Virus record (IMG/VR): IMGVR_UViG_2865833183_000001
Span: 19,743-83,742 of that record
Reading direction: 5' to 3' (one strand)
From: a virus
Lineage: Duplodnaviria > Caudoviricetes
DNA length: 64,000 bases
Notes under the pieces: generated by a model
Database searches by the model: none
Seen by the model: only the letters and a program-made list of their open reading frames with translations
Told to the model about the DNA's origin: nothing
Translations under genes and position numbers: made by a program
Shown: in pieces, positions 37,764-47,296 of the stretch
Numbering within the stretch: position 1 is the stretch's first letter
Layout of the letters: each line of letters starts with the position of its first letter

Positions 37764-37820
37764 CCGAACGCGGCCGGCAGCCCTGTGTGGGTTGTCGGCC
37801 GCTGGCAGATCGGAGTTCTG

Positions 37821-38834
37821 GTGCGAGTTCTGGCGATGCTGCACGCTTACCCTCCGGGCCACAACGCGGGCGCCGAGTGGGCCGCTCACAGCCTTCTACG
37901 TGAACTGGCAGGCTGCGGGCACGAGGTGGATGTTCTGCTGTCGGATCCGCGTTCTGCGGACTCCGCCTACGAGATCGACGGCGTGTCCGTATACCCGTAC
38001 CGGGGCAAGGCGGATCCCTCTCGCTGGATGCGTGGCGAGGGTCGAGCCCATGTGATCGTGACGCACCTTGAGAACACCGCCAGGGCGTCGGTGCTGGGCG
38101 AACTCAACCGGATCCCCGTCGTGCATCTGCTGCACAACACCTACGAGAAGTCCAAGTCGTGGCTGGTGAAGGGATTGCCGTCGCTGGCCGTCTACAACAC
38201 GGACTGGATGCGTCGCGACGTTGAGGCGTGGTGGCGCATCCACCGCGGCGACCGTCCGATGCCGTGGGGCATCACCGTGCACCCGCCCGTGGCCGTGGAG
38301 GACTATCACGCTTCGCCGGGCGACCGGATTACCCTGGTCAACCTGACGGAGGAAAAGGGCGCCAAGGTCTTCTACGCCCTCGCCGAACGCATGCCGAAGC
38401 GCAAGTTCCTCGGCGTCATCGGCGGCTACGGGGCACAGATCGTGCGCGAGGACCTGCCGAACGTGGAGATCTTGCCGCACACGCCTGGTGACCGTATGGC
38501 CAAGGAGGTGTACGCGCGCACGCGGGTGCTACTGGCACCCTCCTCCTACGAGTCCTACGGCCGCGTGGCCGTGGAGGCAATGTGCTCGGGCATTCCAGTC
38601 GTCGCCCACCCCACTCCGGGACTCAGAGAATCCCTCGGCGAAGCCGGTGTCTTCGCCGACCGGGACGACCTGGATGCGTGGGAGGCGGCAGTGAAGCGAC
38701 TGTTCTCCCCGAAGGTATACCCGCAGGCATCCAAGGCCGCGGCGGCCCACGCCGCAGAGCAGGATCCAAAGCCGGAGCTCGACTTGTGGTGTCAGGCTAT
38801 GGAGGGGGTGGCTCGCCGTGGATCCCCTCGCTAG
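37821..38834 (+). CDS. Glycosyltransferase family 4 (GT-B), copy 1
   Basis: HAYPPGHNAGAE; ESYGRVAVEAMCSGIPVVA (EX7E). Confidence 0.9.
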   Translation: MRVLAMLHAYPPGHNAGAEWAAHSLLRELAGCGHEVDVLLSDPRSADSAYEIDGVSVYPYRGKADPSRWMRGEGRAHVIVTHLENTARASVLGELNRIPVVHLLHNTYEKSKSWLVKGLPSLAVYNTDWMRRDVEAWWRIHRGDRPMPWGITVHPPVAVEDYHASPGDRITLVNLTEEKGAKVFYALAERMPKRKFLGVIGGYGAQIVREDLPNVEILPHTPGDRMAKEVYARTRVLLAPSSYESYGRVAVEAMCSGIPVVAHPTPGLRESLGEAGVFADRDDLDAWEAAVKRLFSPKVYPQASKAAAAHAAEQDPKPELDLWCQAMEGVARRGSPR

Positions 38835-39450
38835 CGCGACCGACCTCTCTGACCGACTCGGAAGGCCGCTCACCTCTGCCGAAGCGGCCCGAGCCCAGGC
38901 CCTGCTCGTGGACGCGTCAGCGAAGGTGCGGGCTTATACGAAGCAGAACTTCACCCGCACCGACAACGAGATCGTCGTGGTGCGCGCCCAGCAGGGCGAG
39001 ATCCGGCTGCCGCAACGGCCAGTCCTCGACGTGACCTCTGTAGTGGCCATCGGCACCGGCGGAGCCCCCGACCTACCTGTGGTGGGCTGGGAGTGGGACG
39101 GCCTCGACATTGTCCGCACCTGCACTGACAGCCCTGTCATCAACCTGCCGGAACTCTGGTACGAGGACGATGCCGAGGCCTACCCAGGCACCTATCGGGT
39201 CACCTACAGCCACGGCGACGCGCGGATCCCCGACGTCGTGGTCGCGGTGGTGGCACGCATGGCGCTTCGAACCCTGACCGCGCCAACGCTGGCTGGCGGG
39301 GTGACGGGGGAGACGATCGGCCCCTACAGCTACCGCACCGACGGCTCCGGGGTCGGCACTGCGGTGCTGATGACGGACGAGGACCGCCGTGAGCTCGCCG
39401 ACGCCGGGTATCGACCGAAGGCTGGCATGTCGATGGTGAGGTTCCGGTGA
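38818..39450 (+). CDS. Head-to-tail adaptor
   Basis: LASATDL..RLGR.L...VTYSHG...ETIGPYS. Confidence 0.8.
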   Translation: MDPLASATDLSDRLGRPLTSAEAARAQALLVDASAKVRAYTKQNFTRTDNEIVVVRAQQGEIRLPQRPVLDVTSVVAIGTGGAPDLPVVGWEWDGLDIVRTCTDSPVINLPELWYEDDAEAYPGTYRVTYSHGDARIPDVVVAVVARMALRTLTAPTLAGGVTGETIGPYSYRTDGSGVGTAVLMTDEDRRELADAGYRPKAGMSMVRFR

Positions 39451-40457
39451 CGCGCCCGGTGCGGGTAGTCGCACGCGTCCACGCATACCCACCTGATCAC
39501 AATGCGGGGGCGGAATGGGCGCTGCACGAGATGCTGCGCGCCCTGGTCAGCCGTGGTCACGCCGCTGAGGTGTGGCTGTCGCAGTGGGCCGCCAGCCGAG
39601 ATCCCTATGAGGTGGACGGCGTCCGTGTCGTCCCGCACAGTCCCGGCGGCAGCTTCGCTTCAGCGGCAGCCCGAGCCGATGCGCTGGTCAGCCACCTGGA
39701 GAACGTGCCCCTCACCGCGTGCGTGGCCCGCGGCCACGGCGTGCCTATGGTCGTCGTGTGCCACAACACCTTCGACCTGACCTGGCAGCCGATAGCCGCC
39801 GGCTCGACAGCCCTGGTCGTCGTGAACTCCGAATGGATGCTGGCCGAGGCCCAGCAGCACTTCGATGGTCAGATGCGGCGTCCAGACAGGATGCTGGTGG
39901 TGCGGCCCCCGGTGCACGCGAACGAGTATCGGACGCGGCCGGGCGACTGCATCACGCTGATCAACTGCACCGCCACCAAGGGGATCGGCGTTCTGGCTGA
40001 GCTCGCCGAGCGCCTGTCGGATCGCAAGTTCCTTGCGGTCCGTGGAGGCTATGGCGAACAGCAGCCGCCCGATCTGCTGAACGTACTCGTGCTCGACCAC
40101 ATGGACGGACGCAGGATGCGCGACGAGGTATACGCCCGCACCAGACTCCTGCTCATGCCCTCCGACTACGAGTCCTGGGGGCGTGTCGGCGTCGAGGCCA
40201 TGGCCAGCGGAATACCCGTGCTCGCCCACCCCACCGAGGGTCTCACCGAATCCCTCGGGGCAGCGGGCCTCTTCCAGGACCGGAACGACATCGATGCCTG
40301 GCAGAAGGCAATCGAGGCACTCGACGATCCCACCGTGTACCGGGCGGCATCACGCCGTGCCAAGGCCCGCTCGAAAGCCCTCGACCCCACGGCAGACCTG
40401 AGCACCTGGTGTGACGCGGTGGAGGAGGTGTGCGATGCGCGCACTGCCCCAAGGTGA
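39447..40457 (+). CDS. Glycosyltransferase family 4 (GT-B), copy 2
   Basis: HAYPPDHNAGAE; ESWGRVGVEAMASGIPV; paralog of 37821. Confidence 0.9.
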   Translation: MTRPVRVVARVHAYPPDHNAGAEWALHEMLRALVSRGHAAEVWLSQWAASRDPYEVDGVRVVPHSPGGSFASAAARADALVSHLENVPLTACVARGHGVPMVVVCHNTFDLTWQPIAAGSTALVVVNSEWMLAEAQQHFDGQMRRPDRMLVVRPPVHANEYRTRPGDCITLINCTATKGIGVLAELAERLSDRKFLAVRGGYGEQQPPDLLNVLVLDHMDGRRMRDEVYARTRLLLMPSDYESWGRVGVEAMASGIPVLAHPTEGLTESLGAAGLFQDRNDIDAWQKAIEALDDPTVYRAASRRAKARSKALDPTADLSTWCDAVEEVCDARTAPR

Positions 40458-40791
40458 AACCGTCACCATCGTCCGCCCCGGAGCGCCAACCGGGTACAAC
40501 GAATACGGCGTGGAAACCCCCGGCCCTCCCGAGGAGATCCCGGTGCCCGGCTGCGGCATCGCCCCCAGGGACGGCAACGCGGCAGGAGGGAACGAACAGA
40601 CCCAGGCCAGAGACACGGTCATCATTGGGCTCACGTTGTACGCGCCCGCCGGCACCGATCTGAGGCCAACGGATCAGGTGAGGGTCGCGGGCGTGCTCTA
40701 CGAGGTCGATGGCCAAGCCGGGGTCTTCCGGTCACCTTTCACAGGATCCAATGGCCCGGTGGTTGCCGCGCTTGAGCGCGTCACCGGATGA
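40435..40791 (+). CDS. Head-to-tail stopper
   Basis: Position; TDQVRVAGVLYEVDG...SPFTG. Confidence 0.75.
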   Translation: MRALPQGETVTIVRPGAPTGYNEYGVETPGPPEEIPVPGCGIAPRDGNAAGGNEQTQARDTVIIGLTLYAPAGTDLRPTDQVRVAGVLYEVDGQAGVFRSPFTGSNGPVVAALERVTG

Positions 40792-40807
40792 CGGCTGGAG
40801 GTGGCCC

Positions 40808-41137
40808 ATGGCGGCACGGTTCCGAGGCTCCCGCAGCGGGATCGGGGAACTCCTCCGTTCCGAAGTGATCGAGTCGGAGATGGTGCGCCGAGGCGAGCTC
40901 ATCAAGGCGGCGGCCGAGGCCACGGCCCCGGTCGGCCTAACCCCCGGAGACCCGCATCCGGGCCTGTATAAGGCATCGGTGGTGGTGACGTCTACGAGGC
41001 GCGGCGGTCGTCGCCGTGACCGCGCGGTGGCGTATGTGACGAACACGGCCTACTACGCCCGCTGGGTGGAGTACGGCACCGAACGCGTCCCTGCCCACCA
41101 CGTGATGCTGCGCGCCGCTCGGGCCGGGGGTGGTTGA
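40808..41137 (+). CDS. HK97 gp10-like tail completion protein
   Basis: APV...YARWVEYGT. Confidence 0.8.
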   Translation: MAARFRGSRSGIGELLRSEVIESEMVRRGELIKAAAEATAPVGLTPGDPHPGLYKASVVVTSTRRGGRRRDRAVAYVTNTAYYARWVEYGTERVPAHHVMLRAARAGGG

Positions 41138-41520
41138 TGATCTGGCCCGATGTGGAGGTCGAGCTCATAGCGTGGCTCGACAGCCAAGTTGATGCGCACT
41201 TCACGGCAGAGCTTCCGGCCAACCTGCTTGACGTTCTGCCTGTGGGGCAGGTGCAGCGGGTTGGTGGCTCGGATGACAGCTTCCGGCTCGACCGGGCGCT
41301 CGTGGACGTGGACGCCTATGCGGCGACACGCGGCGGCGCTTCCCTACTCGCCCGCGAGACCCGTGACGCATTGGTGATGAGGCTGCCAGGGACGAAGACG
41401 CCGGCTGCGGTCTTCGGTCGAGTGTCGACAGTGTCGGCGCCTTCGTGGCGCCCCTACGAGAACACGGGGCTCCGCCGATGCGGGGCCACATACGAGATCT
41501 TCTTTCACCCGGTCTCCTGA
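41137..41520 (+). CDS. Tail terminator
   Basis: VQRVGG...VDVDAYA; position. Confidence 0.75.
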   Translation: MIWPDVEVELIAWLDSQVDAHFTAELPANLLDVLPVGQVQRVGGSDDSFRLDRALVDVDAYAATRGGASLLARETRDALVMRLPGTKTPAAVFGRVSTVSAPSWRPYENTGLRRCGATYEIFFHPVS

Positions 41521-41595
41521 CCGGTTGGGCCCGCGCCGGACCCTTTCCCGACCCCGTCCGTTGTTGGCGGGGTCTTCGCATATCTGGAGACCCAC

Positions 41596-42180
41596 ATGGT
41601 CAACATCACGAGGGCCGCGGACCTCACCGTCATCGGCTCGAACGGCGGGGGCTGGGTATCGGACGTCGGTACGACGGCCCCGTCCTCGCCGCTGGTGCAG
41701 CCCGTCAGCCCGTGGGAGCCGCTCGGAGCCATCTCGGACGATGGCCTTGTGTTCGGTTTCGATGAGGACAGCCAGGAGTTCACCCCCTGGGGCCTGACGT
41801 CGCCACTGCGCACGACGATCACCAAGTCGATCCGCACATTCAAGGTGACACTGTGGGAGACCGCTCGGGTGGCGGTCCAGTCGGTGATGTTCCGCATCCC
41901 GGCCGCCGACCTCACTCCGTCGTCCGGCCTGACCTCGTTCGCGGAGACCGCGTCGCCGTCGGTGGACCGTCGTGCGTGGTGGTTCGCCGTGTTCGATGGC
42001 GACTCGGCCCGCGGCTTCTACGTCCCCGCCGGCGAGATCTCCGACCGCAGCGACGTCACGTTCAAGCAGGACGAAATGAGCGGCTACGAGATCACTATCA
42101 CCGCGTATCCGGACGCCGCGGGCAACACCGTCTATCACACGGACAGCGTCCCGGCGACGCCTGCGTACACGGGCTCGTGA
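41596..42180 (+). CDS. Major tail (tube) protein
   Basis: LGAISDDG...YEITITAYPD. Confidence 0.88.
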   Translation: MVNITRAADLTVIGSNGGGWVSDVGTTAPSSPLVQPVSPWEPLGAISDDGLVFGFDEDSQEFTPWGLTSPLRTTITKSIRTFKVTLWETARVAVQSVMFRIPAADLTPSSGLTSFAETASPSVDRRAWWFAVFDGDSARGFYVPAGEISDRSDVTFKQDEMSGYEITITAYPDAAGNTVYHTDSVPATPAYTGS

Positions 42181-42277
42181 GCCCTCAATGACTGGTGGGT
42201 GGGTCGCCCTGGCGCGGGCCCGACCCACCCACCACTTCCCCTGCCCGCCCGCGCCGTGAGATAGAGAGGCCCGTGCC

Positions 42278-42640
42278 ATGCCCACAACCAAAGCCGCCCT
42301 CGACGCTGCGAAGGAGGAGGCCGCCGCGCAGGAACTGGAGGCGGACGGCGGCGAGTACGTCACCGTGGCGCTCGCTGGCTACGACGGCGTCACCAAGGAC
42401 GTGCGTGCCCTCCCGAACACGCGCTGGCGGTCGAGCGCGCTGCGTGCCCTCAACCAGGGCGACTTCGACGGCTTCTTCGCGCTCGTCCTCCACCAGGACG
42501 ACTACGAGCTGTACGAAGAGCTCGACCCGACTGCGGAGGGCATCGGCAATTTCGCCGAGGCGGTTGTGCGAGCCTCCGGGGAGTCCCTGGGAAAGTCCAG
42601 TGGACCGTCTCGGTCCTCGAGGCCCACGCGGAGGCGGTAG
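42278..42640 (+). CDS. Tail assembly chaperone (gpG-like)
   Basis: Between tail tube and tape measure; contains slippery site. Confidence 0.85.
   Translation: MPTTKAALDAAKEEAAAQELEADGGEYVTVALAGYDGVTKDVRALPNTRWRSSALRALNQGDFDGFFALVLHQDDYELYEELDPTAEGIGNFAEAVVRASGESLGKSSGPSRSSRPTRRR
42589..42595 (+). other. Programmed -1 frameshift site GGGAAAG
   Basis: G GGA AAG as in lambda G-T; -1 frame VQWTVSVLEAH...DVYRG is open to 43050. Confidence 0.85.
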
Positions 42641-43050
42641 AGGGAGACTTCGCCCGCTACTACCCGGGCGTTGACCTGTTGGACGTGTACCGGGGCCGTC
42701 TGTCGTGGCGCCGACTGCGGGTGCTGATCCAGCATCTGCCACCCGAGTCGGCCACGATGACCGAGCTCCGCAACAGTCTGAGCGATGAGGAGATGGCCGA
42801 GCAGGCCGAGGCGGGCGAGCCGGAGAAGGGCCGCTGGTCGCAGGTCGAGCAGCTGCTTGCGCTGATCGCGGACCGGGTGGCGCGCCTGGAGTACGTGACG
42901 ATCCTCGCCAACTCGGGCAGCAAGGGAAAGAAGCCGACCCCGCCGGAGCCGATCGCCCGGCCGGGCGCGAAGGCAAAGAGGCCGAAGTCGAAACTCAGCG
43001 AGTCGAGCGCCGAGACGCTGTTCCAGCTCATCAATGGGGGCGCGGCCTGA
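42596..43050 (+). CDS. Tail assembly chaperone, frameshifted (gpGT-like) portion
   Basis: LSWRRLRVLIQHLPPES; continuous with -1 frame. Confidence 0.8.
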
Positions 43051-43069
43051 CGCGCGGGAGGAGGCTCCC

Positions 43070-46000
43070 GTGGCCATCAGCGTCGGTTCGGTCGAGGTCG
43101 ACGTCATCCCCAACACACAGGGGATCTATGGCCGGCTCCGTGCGGGGCTCGTGCCTGCCGCAACCCGGGCCGGCGAGGACGCTGGCTCGGCGGCGGGGCG
43201 CTCGTTCGGTGCGGCGATGCAACGCCAGGTTGCTGACATCGGCCTGCGAATCGGCGAGGAGATCGGGCAGCAGATCGCCAACCGGATCACCGCGTCGCTG
43301 CGGGATGCGATCCGGGATGGTGTGACGCGCGGCGGCCAGACGGCTCGCCCAGCGGCGGTGCGGCAGGGTGACCAGACTGCTGGTGCGTTTTCCCGGGCGC
43401 TCAGGGCTCATCTGCAGGCGGCGTTCCGGTCGCTGCCGCAGTTGCAGATCGGCGCGGACACCTCTGAGGTGGACGCGGATCTGCAGGCTGTGCGCGTCCG
43501 TATGGAGACCTTGGCGGACAAGCGGATCGGCATCGACATCTCTGCTGCGGACGCCAAAGCTGAGATCGCGCTGATCGAGGCGGAGCTGACGCGGCTCGGC
43601 GCCCGGCATCCGAACGTGCAGGTGAGGGCCGACACCGCGAGGGCGATCGCAGAGCTGCGCTTGGTGCGGGCCGAGATCGATGCAGTGGACGGCAAACGGG
43701 CAAAGATCGACATCGACACCAGCGGAGCGACCGCATCGATCTTCCAGTTGATGGTGGCACTCGGCGGCGTCGCCGTGCTCCCCGCGATCCCGGCTCTGGC
43801 TGCCGCCCTCGGGGCGGTGGCCTCGGCGGGTGTCGCGGCGGCGGTCGGCGTGGGTGCACTGGCTGCGGTGGCGATCCCTGGATTCGTTGCTATTGGGGGG
43901 GCTCTGCAGGCCCAGAAGCAGGCCCAGGACGCGGCGACCAATGCCACCTTGCGGGGCGGCCAGGCCGCTAACCAAGGGGCGTCACGGGCTCTTCAGATGG
44001 CCGGCGCTCAGCAGGCCCTGGCGACGGCGGAACGCACCGGTGCTCGGCAGATCGCGCAGGCCCAGCAGCAAGTGCGGCAGGCGAAGCAGGCGGCGGCCGA
44101 TGCGGTCGCACAGGCGGCACAACGGAACGCCCAAGCCGCGCGGCAGGTGCAGGACGCAGAGCGGCAGCTCGCTCAGGCACAGAAGGACTCCAAGCAAGCC
44201 CAGCTCGACTTGACGGCAGCGCGGAAGCAGGCAGGGCAGGAGCTTGAGGATCTCGCGAACCGGTACGCGGACGCGCAGCTGTCCCAGCGGGACGCGGCGC
44301 TGTCGGTGCAGGAAGCTCAGCTTGAACTGAACAGAGTTCTGGCGGATCCGAAGGCCACGAAGCTGCAGAGAGACCAGGCGCAGCTCGCCTACGACCAGGC
44401 AGTGCAGCGGCTGAAGGAGCAGACGACCGAGACGAAGCGGCTGAAGGCCGAGCAGGCCGACGCGGCGAAGAAGGGCGTTGAGGGTTCGGACACGGTCCGG
44501 CAGGCGCAGGATCGACTGGCTCAAGCACAGCAGCAGGTGGAGGACCGGGCTCAGGCAGTGCGGGACGCTCAGGGTGAGGCCGCAAGGGTTCAGGTGGAGA
44601 CCGCCCGGCAGGTGGCCGAAGCACAGCAGCGTGTGGGTGAGGCGACCGCGAACGTGGCCGTGGCCCAGCAGAACGCAGCGGACGCGGTGGCTAGTGCCCA
44701 GCAGCAGATCGAGTCGGCGTCCATCTCGGCCGCCGGTGGTGTGGATCAGGCTGCCCTGGCACAGGAGAAGTACCAGGAGAAGTTGGCGAAGCTGACGCCT
44801 GCGGCCCGGGACACCTTCGACGCGTTCGTGGATCTGAGGTCGGCGTTCTCGGCGTGGTCGAAGAGTCTTCAGCCTGCGGTGATGCCGATCTTTACGCGGG
44901 CACTGGAGGGCATCAAGAACTCGCTTCCAGGGCTCACGCCGCTGGTGCTTGCTGCAGCCGACGGCATCAAGGAGTTGCAGGACCGGGCCTCGGCCGGGTT
45001 CAAGAAGCCCTGGTGGAAAGAGTTCAAGGCCGACCTGGCGACCTCAATCAAACCCGCGATCGTCGGCCTGGGTGTCGCGTTCGGCAACATCTTCAAAGGC
45101 ATGGTCGGCATCATCGACGCCTTCCTGCCACACATGGACTCGATCTCGGGCCGCATGCAGCGGATCACGAGCCGGTTCGCCGACTGGGGCACGTCACTCA
45201 AGGGCTCCCCGTCGTTTGAACGGTTCCTCGCCTACTCGTCCGACCAGGGGCCGAAGGTCGCCGAAGCGCTGGGGAAGATTGCGGGGGCGTTCCTGGCGGT
45301 CGGGCAGGCGCTCTCGCCGCTGTCGGGGCCGATCCTCACAGTGATCGGCACGCTCGCCGATGGCGTGGTGTACATCGCAGAGAACCTGCCGTGGCTGGTC
45401 CAGGGCCTGTACGGCGCGTACATCGCTTTCAAGCTGCTGAGCTTGGCGATGTCCATCACACCGCTGGGCTGGCTGATCCTTGGCCTGATCGGCCTAGTGG
45501 TGGCCATCAAGTATGCATGGGACCATTTCAAGTGGTTCCGCGACATCGTCACGGGCGTCTGGTCTGGGATCTCAACCGCCTTCACCACCGCTTGGACAGT
45601 TGTGTTGCTGCCCACGTTCACGGCGATCTGGGGCGCGATCCAGTGGGTTGGAGACAAGGCCACCTGGCTGTGGCAGAACATCATCGGCCCAGCGTTCAAG
45701 GGCATCGCGCTCGCTGCCGGGATCCTCATCACGGCCATCCTCACGGTTCTGATCACCCCCCTGTACCTGGCATTCCAGCTCATAGCCACGGTTGTCACCT
45801 GGCTGTGGCAGGAAGCGATCAGTCCGGCGTTCGATGGCATCGCCACAGTGGCCAGCTGGCTGTACACCAACGCCATCAAAACCGCCTTCGACCTGATCAG
45901 CAGCTCATTCCACACCGTAGGTGACACAGGAAAATGGCTGTGGCAGAAGGCCCTGTCGCCTGCGTTCCACGGAATAGCTGATGTGGCCCACTGGCTGCAC

Positions 46001-47296
46001 GACAGCGTAATCAAACCCGTCTTCGACGGAATCTCCACGACGATCGGCATTGTTTGGCGGACGGGGATCCGGCCGGTGTTCAACGCGATCAAGTCTGCTA
46101 TCGGCAAGGTCGCTGATGCTTTTGACGATGCTCGCAAGGCGATCAAGACAGCGTGGGATAAGGTCAAGGAGGCGACGAAAACCCCTATCAACTGGGTGCT
46201 GGACCACGTCTGGAACAAGGGTATCGTCAAAGTCTGGGAGAAGGTCACGGGCTGGATTCCGGGCGTGCCGAAGCTGGGCAAAGTCGATCTCCTGGCCCAA
46301 GGTGGCACCCTTCGAGGCCCGCAGCCCGGCATCTACAACCAGCCGACCGCGATCGTAGGCGAGGGAAACCCGCGGTATCCGGAATTCGTAATCCCCACAG
46401 ATCCGAAGTACCGGTCCCGGGCCCTCGCCCTGCACCAGGCCGCAGGGACGCAGATGCTCGCCAAGGGCGGCATCATCGGCTCGGCCACGTCGTTCCTCAA
46501 GAATCCGGTGAAGACCTTCGGGAACATGCTGAAGCCGTTCCTCGACGGGGCCAGATGGCTCAGCAAGACAAGCTGGGGAAAGGCGGCAATCGGTCTGCCC
46601 AAGATGGCCATCAGTAGTCTGAAGAAGCTCATCAAAGACAAGGTTTCCGGCTGGTTCACCCGGGATGCCAATGGGTTGCTGAAGTTCATCGGTAAGGCCG
46701 GTAAAGGGGTCTCGCGCTGGACTCCCGAGGTGCTGGACGCACTCAAGCAATTGCATCAGCCCGCGTCCTACCTGGGCATCACCCTTCGGCGAATGAACCA
46801 GGAATCCGGGGGCAACCCGACGGCAGTCAACCTTTGGGACAGCAATGCCAAGGCCGGATACCCGTCGACCGGGTTGATGCAGGTAATCCGGCCGACGTTC
46901 CAGCACTATGCGGGCAAGTACCGGAAGAAGGGCCCGTTCATGTACGGGGTGAGCGTTGACCCGCTCGCCAACATCTACTCATCGATGCGGTATGCGTTGG
47001 CGGCCTACGGCAGCCTGCCGCGGGCGTACAACCGGGCGGGCGGCTACGACTCCGGCGGCTACCTCCAGCCGGGCTTGAACCTCGCCTACAACGGCACCGG
47101 CAGGCCGGAGCCCGTATTCACCACAGCGCAGGCCAACGCCCTCGTGCGGCGCGCTGCCGCGCCATCGGGGGGTGGCGGCGAGTTCACCGGAGATCTCTAC
47201 CTCGACTCTGGTGAGTTCCTCGGGAAGGTGCGCGGCGAAGTGCGTCAAGAGATGGGCGCAGTAGCGACTGCATTGCGCGCGAACAGGCGGGGGTGA
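43070..47296 (+). CDS. Tape measure protein with C-terminal lytic transglycosylase domain
   Basis: ~1400 aa, Ala/Gln helices, Trp-periodic repeats; QESGGNP.AVNLWDSN...GLMQ. Confidence 0.93.
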   Translation: MAISVGSVEVDVIPNTQGIYGRLRAGLVPAATRAGEDAGSAAGRSFGAAMQRQVADIGLRIGEEIGQQIANRITASLRDAIRDGVTRGGQTARPAAVRQGDQTAGAFSRALRAHLQAAFRSLPQLQIGADTSEVDADLQAVRVRMETLADKRIGIDISAADAKAEIALIEAELTRLGARHPNVQVRADTARAIAELRLVRAEIDAVDGKRAKIDIDTSGATASIFQLMVALGGVAVLPAIPALAAALGAVASAGVAAAVGVGALAAVAIPGFVAIGGALQAQKQAQDAATNATLRGGQAANQGASRALQMAGAQQALATAERTGARQIAQAQQQVRQAKQAAADAVAQAAQRNAQAARQVQDAERQLAQAQKDSKQAQLDLTAARKQAGQELEDLANRYADAQLSQRDAALSVQEAQLELNRVLADPKATKLQRDQAQLAYDQAVQRLKEQTTETKRLKAEQADAAKKGVEGSDTVRQAQDRLAQAQQQVEDRAQAVRDAQGEAARVQVETARQVAEAQQRVGEATANVAVAQQNAADAVASAQQQIESASISAAGGVDQAALAQEKYQEKLAKLTPAARDTFDAFVDLRSAFSAWSKSLQPAVMPIFTRALEGIKNSLPGLTPLVLAAADGIKELQDRASAGFKKPWWKEFKADLATSIKPAIVGLGVAFGNIFKGMVGIIDAFLPHMDSISGRMQRITSRFADWGTSLKGSPSFERFLAYSSDQGPKVAEALGKIAGAFLAVGQALSPLSGPILTVIGTLADGVVYIAENLPWLVQGLYGAYIAFKLLSLAMSITPLGWLILGLIGLVVAIKYAWDHFKWFRDIVTGVWSGISTAFTTAWTVVLLPTFTAIWGAIQWVGDKATWLWQNIIGPAFKGIALAAGILITAILTVLITPLYLAFQLIATVVTWLWQEAISPAFDGIATVASWLYTNAIKTAFDLISSSFHTVGDTGKWLWQKALSPAFHGIADVAHWLHDSVIKPVFDGISTTIGIVWRTGIRPVFNAIKSAIGKVADAFDDARKAIKTAWDKVKEATKTPINWVLDHVWNKGIVKVWEKVTGWIPGVPKLGKVDLLAQGGTLRGPQPGIYNQPTAIVGEGNPRYPEFVIPTDPKYRSRALALHQAAGTQMLAKGGIIGSATSFLKNPVKTFGNMLKPFLDGARWLSKTSWGKAAIGLPKMAISSLKKLIKDKVSGWFTRDANGLLKFIGKAGKGVSRWTPEVLDALKQLHQPASYLGITLRRMNQESGGNPTAVNLWDSNAKAGYPSTGLMQVIRPTFQHYAGKYRKKGPFMYGVSVDPLANIYSSMRYALAAYGSLPRAYNRAGGYDSGGYLQPGLNLAYNGTGRPEPVFTTAQANALVRRAAAPSGGGGEFTGDLYLDSGEFLGKVRGEVRQEMGAVATALRANRRG

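Noticed and set aside
43900-46250. Repetitive sequence within tape measure
   Set aside because: Normal Ala/Gln helical and Trp-periodic repeats
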